Assembly: GCA_964016885.1 (NCBI GenBank)
Contig: OZ024743.1
Location: forward strand, 94,674,001-94,738,000
Direction of reading: 5' to 3'
Length of the DNA: 64,000 nt
Origin: Eledone cirrhosa
Lineage: Eukaryota
Under the pieces are notes generated by a model. It did no database searches. It saw only the letters and a list, made by a program, of their open reading frames with translations, and had not been told where the DNA came from. This document shows positions 58,001 through 64,000 of the stretch, in pieces. Position 1 is the first letter of the stretch, and the number at the start of each line of letters is the position of its first letter. Made by a program: the position numbers and the translations under genes.

Positions 58001-58184
58001 TCTATAGATCTTCTTTTTTATGTTTAGAATAAAATGTTTCTGTGTGTGTGTTGTGTGCTCAGTTTGCGCATGCGCCACATCCGGGTGTCTGTGTGTGTTT
58101 GTGTTCATTTATCTATTTGTTTATTTATTTACATGTTATTGGTTGGTTGTTTGTTCTATGTGTGTGTCTGTTTTCATTTTGTCC

Positions 58185-61100
58185 TTAATTGTAAGTTGTG
58201 ATGTTGCTGTTCCACTCATATTTTCTATTTAATTTTGGTTGTAATTCTTTTATGTTTATTGCCTCTGTAATTTGTCTAAACATTGCATCTTTTCTGTGTG
58301 TAGATTCTATTTTTATTTCTATGTTCTCTAATTTACCCTTGCGTTCTATCTTAGCATGTTGGTAGAGTACAGATGATTCTTTATTATCTTGAAGGTCTCG
58401 CCAGGGTTCATTTATCCGTTTCCCTATACTACGAGCTGTCTCACCTATGTACACTATATTTTTGTTTCTACATTGTCCTTCAGTACATCTTATGCTATAC
58501 ACTACATTTCTAGTTTTACAGTTAATATGGGGGCTTATTTTACAGGTTATACATTTCTTATCTATACATGAGGGTCTTTGGAACGGGTATGTCTTGCTAA
58601 TAAATGTTTTTACGGAGGTACCTGGTCTTTCTACTATCTTAATATTGAGTTTATGTTTATTTAGGGCCCTTCTAAATTTGTAGGCTAGTTCGCCTCTAGG
58701 GGTTGTGTCGATGAACATTACACTCTGGTATTTATTGCTATCATACGATGAGTTTATTCTATTGGCCTTGTTCCTAGTTCTTTCTATTCTATTCCAAAAT
58801 TTGCTCCTATACAAGGGGCAGGTCCCATTTATGTCATTATTTACCATTTTTTCCCATTTGGTTCTGGCTCCTCTATACACTCTGATTCTATCTCTCTGAT
58901 TGTAGACAGAGAACTGCATACGGTGGGTGAAGTGTTGTATGTGTCTCTCTAGTTCTTCGGGGTTGCACATGCGGGACACATTTCTCATCACCCGTACCAA
59001 ATACGCAATCAGTATGTTGATTTTGGTATGATCCGAAATGACCGAGTTTCGGTGGATCAGATGTTTGGAAGTCATGGGTTTGGCATAATGGGAATGGAGG
59101 ATTTGTTTTTGGTTGTTAATGGTATCTAACCAGAGCTCTGTATCTAGTACAGGTAATCGATGGTTGGGGTGTCTACTTGGGTAGTCTATAGTAACTCTAA
59201 TGCTCTGGTGGATGGAGTTTGCTATTTGCTGGATGCTTTCCATTGTGTTTTTCTCTAGTTCCTGACTGTTCTCTAGTGGGGGTGTCTTAACTACGATGTT
59301 TATATCATCTACGTAGCGGGAGTACATTATCAGGGTTAAGCTGTCTTCTAATTGTTCTTTAAGTTTAAGTTTAAGTCTACTGTCCCACCATACCATGAAT
59401 AAGTTAGCTATGTCGCCTGCAATGCTAACACCAATGGCTGCTCCTTCCTCTTGGGCATATGCTTTTCCATTAAATTTGAACATATGTTCCTTAAGGGTTA
59501 ATTTTATGCTGGCCCCTACCGCATGTGCAATCATTTTCTTCAGTTCATCGTGGTTTTCGGGTGTCCGTATGGCTCTGGTCCACCCGTTCCATCTATCTGT
59601 GTGGGTTTTCTTGGTCATTGAGGTAATGGTAGGTGGTCTACCTCTTGCTGGTCTTGTAGGGCACAGGTTGCTAAGGTCATATGTGTCTAGGTAACTATTA
59701 CTATGGGTAAGCTTAAGTAGAAGTCCCAGCTCACTGGTATCAATCCCACGGAATTCAACCTTGCTCTCGCTGATCATTTCTACGCATTTCTCCACAGCAA
59801 AATCCACGTCAATAGATGGATACAGGGACACAACATCCATACTGCCTATTATGCAGTTTGTTAGGTCCCCAGATCGGTTACCCACGCCGATTCTGCTGAG
59901 GAGGTCCTCCGTGCTGTCACATACATCTGGGGACATCTCAATGATGGGCCGTATGATCAGGGAGAGGAAGTAGGACAGTCTGTAGTTACTAGCAATGTTA
60001 GCGCCACAGACTGGCCGTGTTGGTGGTCCCGCGACAGGGTCACAGCCCGTTTTATGGTCTTTTCGAAGCCCATACAACGCCGGCACGTCATTGTTCCAGG
60101 CCTGGAAGTTGTTGGCAGTCCTTTTGTTGGGCTGCATTATATTCGTCCACATCACCATATGGGCATTGAGGGCTTTTTCTCTATCCTCATGCTCCTGTGG
60201 TGTTACCTCTCTTGTGTTAGTGATGTGGGGTTGCATTGCCTGGATGTAGTTTGGCAGGCTGTCAACCGACATTCTGCCAGACTTGTCTGTTGGGAAGCAT
60301 GCTATCTCTCCATTACGTGAGCGCTGCATGAGCTTACGCAAGCGATTTGCAGGTTTTTCTCCCAGTTGCTGGGCCTCTATTCTATTATGCTTCTTGCTAT
60401 ACTGTTCTATAATATTTCTAAGTTCGGATCTAGCTATACTAAATTGTGCTTCTGTTTGTTCATCGACCTGCGACGGCAACTGCGTGCGTTTGTTAAATGG
60501 TAAAGTCGTGGCGTGGACTCGTCGCAGGTCGAATGATTTATCGGAGGGATTATAAAACGGAGAGTTCCAGGCTGCTGCTTTATGTGTACTAGTGCTATTG
60601 TTATTGTTAGTTGTGTTGTTTCTATTTCTATTTCCACCAACAGCCTCATGGTTGTTTCTATGTCTCTCATAATTACTCCTGTCTCTTTCCACTGGCTCAA
60701 TGTTGTTATCTACCCTATTTTGTGTGTCTGTGTGTTCGTCTTGGTTATTCTCTTTGTCCTTAGTCTCCCTTCTCCTTTTAATCCTATTACTTTCCCTTAT
60801 TTCTGTGATTTCTGTGCTACTGTCATTACTTGTTTTCTGTGTCTGTGTGTTTGTTAAGATTGTGGTGGTGGTGAGAGGCATTGAATGCGTGTGTGTTGTT
60901 GTTGTTGATGTGTGCTGTTGTTGATGTGTGTTGTTGTTGTCTCCGTGTGTGTTATCGTTGTTGTGTGTGTTGTTATTGTTGTTTGTGTCTGCGTGTCTGT
61001 TGTTGTTGTTTCTGGGTATGTTGTTATTGTTGTTGTTGTTGATGTGTGTGTTGTTGTTATTGTTGTTTGTGTCTGTGTGTCTGTTGTTGTTGGGATGTGT

Positions 61101-61872
61101 GTTGTATATGTGTGTGCGTATATTGTTGCTTTTGTTTTTGATGCTCCAGCGTAGTTTTGTAAATGATTTTTCTATTTCTGACAGACAACTAATCATATTT
61201 ACCTTCTTGAATGTCGCAAATTTCGGCGGCAAACATAACACAGACATTTCATCATTATCTATTTTTGCGTTCCCATATATGTTGGTGTTTTTGTTGTTGA
61301 ACTCTTCTGATAATGAGGTGTCGGCCATGTTGATACCGTCAATTTTGTCGGGATATCTATTGGTATACTCTATAGTATCCTGATTTAGCTTTGCCTGTTT
61401 AAGCCACTTTAGTTTCCTGTTAAAGTGCTTATCACATTCTTGAGTAATGTACTGTTCTTCAGGGCGTATAAGGCTTATAAATATTAGTTTCTCTCTTGGT
61501 GTGGTGATCCTAGCTATTTCTTGTATTAGGTTACTCTTTTGTTTTTCTTGATGACTTAATTCTCTATAGATCTTCTTTTTTATGTTTAGAATTAATGTTC
61601 GTTTTAGCCTATCTGCTTGTTTTTTTGGTGAGTTGTAATCTTCTAACGTCGGTATTGATGGTGTTCGTGTAGATTCTGGACGAGGCACACTGCTTTATGA
61701 AGCATAGTTGTCGAGATGTTATGGTTTTTCGTAGACAACAGAACATGGTGGTTTTCAGTATCTTGTTAGCCTTGCTAAGGCTTACGATATTTCGTTTCTG
61801 AATTTGTTTAGCAAGATTCTTTATCTGAAATCGTGTGTTGAAACCGATATTGTTATACTTTGGGAGGGTCAT
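58185..61872 (-). CDS. Penelope-like retroelement ORF, full length (RT + C-terminal GIY-YIG), one +1 frameshift at the T-run 61620-61626; ~1228 aa when repaired
   Basis: PTDKSG, LYGLRKDHK, RPVC, SMDVVSLYPSI, QEEGAAIG, RYVDD, LPVLD; Cys-rich linker; NVVY...YIGETAR...ITEA. The N-terminus MTLPKYNN... is continuous in the copy at 27697-28144, which has 6 T instead of 7. Confidence 0.92.
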
Positions 61873-62008
61873 GTTGCCAATAAGAAACATACGCACCAGT
61901 TGCTTTCACTTCAATTTATTATATATTTATAAATTTATAAATTTACAAATCTACAAATTTATAAATTTCTGGTTGGTTGGTTCCACAACCAGATAGTTGT
62001 TTATATAT

Positions 62009-62053
62009 AGTCATAGTCCTTTCGTCACACACTCTGTGACCTCTTCAGTGACT
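62009..62053 (-). ncRNA. Type I hammerhead ribozyme in the PLE pseudo-LTR (identical to 28285-28329)
   Basis: Same sequence, lying between the two tandem ORFs. Confidence 0.85.
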
Positions 62054-62257
62054 GGGGATTCCTTTCTTTGTTTCTGTGCCTTTCCTTTCTTCTGTCCTAC
62101 GCCATTTTGTTTCTGTGTGTGTGTTGTGTGCTCAGTTTGCGCATGCGCCACATCCGGGTGTCTGTGTGTGTTTGTGTTCATTTATCTATTTGTTTATTTA
62201 TTTACATGTTATTGGTTGGTTGTTTGTTCTATGTGTGTGTGTGTTTTCATTTTGTCC

Positions 62258-64000
62258 TTAATTGTAAGTTGTGATGTTGCTGTTCCACTCATATTTTCTA
62301 TTTAATTTTGGTTGTAATTCTTTTATGTTTATTGCCTCTGTAATTTGTCTAAACATTGCATCTTTTCTGTGTGTAGATTCTATTTTTATTTCTATGTTCT
62401 CTAATTTACCCTTGTGTTCTATCTTAGCATGTTGGTAGAGTACAGATGATTCTTTATTATCTTGAAGGTCTCGCCAGGGTTCATTTATCCGTTCCCCTAT
62501 ACTACGAGCTGTCTCACCTATGTACACTATATTTTTGTTTCTACATTGTCCTTCAGTACATCTTATGCTATACACTACATTTCTAGTTTTACAGTTAATA
62601 TGGGGGCTTATTTTACAGGTTATACATTTCCTATCTATACATGAGGGTCTTTGGAACGGGTATGTCTTGCTAATAAGTGTTTTTACGGAGGTACCTGGTC
62701 TTTCTACTATCTTAATATTGAGTTTATGTTTATTTAGGGCCCTTCTAAATTTGTAGGCTAGTTCGCCTCTAGGGGTTGTGTCGATGAACATTACACTCTG
62801 GTATTTATTGCTATCATACCATGAGTTTATTCTATTGGCCTTGTTCCTAGTTCTTTCTATTCTATTCCAAAATTTGCTCCTATACAAGGGGCAGGTCCCA
62901 TTTATGTCATTATTTACCATTTTTTCCCATTTGGTTCTGGCTCCTCTATACACTCTGATTCTATCTCTCTGATTGTAGACAGAGAACTGCATACGGTGGG
63001 TGAAGTGTTGTATGTGTCTCTCTAGTTCTTCGGGGTTGCACATGCGGGACACATTTCTCATCACCCGTACCAAATACGCAATCAGTATGTTGATTTTGGT
63101 ATGGTCCGAAATGGCCGAGTTTCGGTGGATCAGATGTTTGGAAGTCATGGGTTTGGCATAATGGGAATGGAGGATTTGTTTTTGGTTGTTAATGGTATCT
63201 AACCAGAGCTCTGTGTCTAGTACAGGTAATCGATGGTTGGGGTGTCTACTTGGGTAGTCTATAGTAACTCTAATGCTCTGGTGGATGGAGTTTGCTATTT
63301 GCTGGATGCTTTCCATTGTGTTTTTCTCTAGTTCCTGACTGTTCTCTAGTGGGGGTGTCTTAACTACGATGTTTATATCATCTACGTAGCGGGAGTACAT
63401 TATCAGGGTTAAGCTGTCTTCTAATTGTTCTTTAAGTTTAAGTTTAAGTCTACTGTCCCACCATACCATGAATAAGTTAGCTATGTCGCCTGCAATGCTA
63501 ACACCAATGGCTGCTCCTTCCTCTTGGGCATATGCTTTTCCATTAAATTTGAACATATGTTCCTTAAGGGTTAATTTTATGCTGGCCCCTACCGCATGTG
63601 CAATCATTTTCTTCAGTTCATCGTGGTTTTCGGGTGTCCGTATGGCTCTGGTCCACCCGTTCCATCTATCTGTGTGGGTTTTCTTGGTCATTGAGGTAAT
63701 GGTAGGTGGTCTACCTCTTGCTGGTCTTGTAGGGCACAGGTTGCTAAGGTCATATGTGTCTAGGTAACTATTACTATGGGTAAGCTTAAGTAGAAGTCCC
63801 AGCTCACTGGTATCAATCCCACGGAATTCAACCTTGCTCTCGCTGATCATTTCTACGCATTTCTCCACAGCAAAATCCACGTCAATAGATGGATACAGGG
63901 ACACAACATCCATACTGCCTATTATGCAGTTTGTTAGGTCCCCAGATCGGTTACCCACGCCGATTCTGCTGAGGAGGTCCTCCGTGCTGTCACATACATC
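62258..64000 (-). CDS. PLE RT-GIY-YIG ORF, 3' part of the upstream tandem unit (continues beyond the window)
   Basis: 566-aa ORF nearly identical to the C-terminal half of the ORF at 58185. Confidence 0.9.
   Translation of the reverse strand, partial: DVCDSTEDLLSRIGVGNRSGDLTNCIIGSMDVVSLYPSIDVDFAVEKCVEMISESKVEFRGIDTSELGLLLKLTHSNSYLDTYDLSNLCPTRPARGRPPTITSMTKKTHTDRWNGWTRAIRTPENHDELKKMIAHAVGASIKLTLKEHMFKFNGKAYAQEEGAAIGVSIAGDIANLFMVWWDSRLKLKLKEQLEDSLTLIMYSRYVDDINIVVKTPPLENSQELEKNTMESIQQIANSIHQSIRVTIDYPSRHPNHRLPVLDTELWLDTINNQKQILHSHYAKPMTSKHLIHRNSAISDHTKINILIAYLVRVMRNVSRMCNPEELERHIQHFTHRMQFSVYNQRDRIRVYRGARTKWEKMVNNDINGTCPLYRSKFWNRIERTRNKANRINSWYDSNKYQSVMFIDTTPRGELAYKFRRALNKHKLNIKIVERPGTSVKTLISKTYPFQRPSCIDRKCITCKISPHINCKTRNVVYSIRCTEGQCRNKNIVYIGETARSIGERINEPWRDLQDNKESSVLYQHAKIEHKGKLENIEIKIESTHRKDAMFRQITEAINIKELQPKLNRKYEWNSNITTYN

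Larger units (their letters stand above)
57862..64000 (-). mobile_element. Partial-tandem PLE array: ORF 3' part (62258 to beyond 64000), pLTR spacer (61873-62257), full ORF, deleted pLTR and 5'-ORF tail (57862-58184)
   Basis: Direct repeat with a period of 4073 bp. The 3' junction (aaacagct|agtgcttatc) is identical to that of the unit-1 insertion. Confidence 0.92.

Noticed and set aside
58185-61688. Assignment to the Naiad/Chlamys clade or a selenoprotein PLE
   Set aside because: The endonuclease is C-terminal, a hammerhead is present, and there are no in-frame TGA codons.

Overview
AT-rich, microsatellite- and SINE-dense animal DNA; the repeat content suggests an octopod cephalopod (inference). 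The window holds two near-identical tandem copies of a ~30.8 kb unit (position 1 = position 30790). Each copy has a minus-strand, 5-exon secreted tyrosinase (type-3 copper) gene. Its last exon, missed by the ORF track, adds a C-terminal chitin-binding type-2-like domain after a Thr-rich linker (736 and 727 aa). The most striking system is a set of Penelope-like elements (PLEs) with hammerhead ribozymes: (i) a large RT + C-terminal GIY-YIG PLE with an unusually long insertion between RT motifs A and B', a type I hammerhead in its pseudo-LTR, a tandem array in unit 2 and a twin-priming 5' inversion in unit 1; (ii) a non-coding ~423-bp tandem repeat with a minimal type I hammerhead in each unit, inserted in (TA)n, which fits a non-LTR retrozyme / circRNA precursor; (iii) an apparently endonuclease-only, Hydra-clade-like PLE relic with a 350-bp-arm inverted pseudo-LTR that carries hammerheads; (iv) an older decayed pseudo-LTR. 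The rest is SINEs, MITEs, LINE fragments and microsatellites. All calls come from manual reading; no database searches or folding programs were run.
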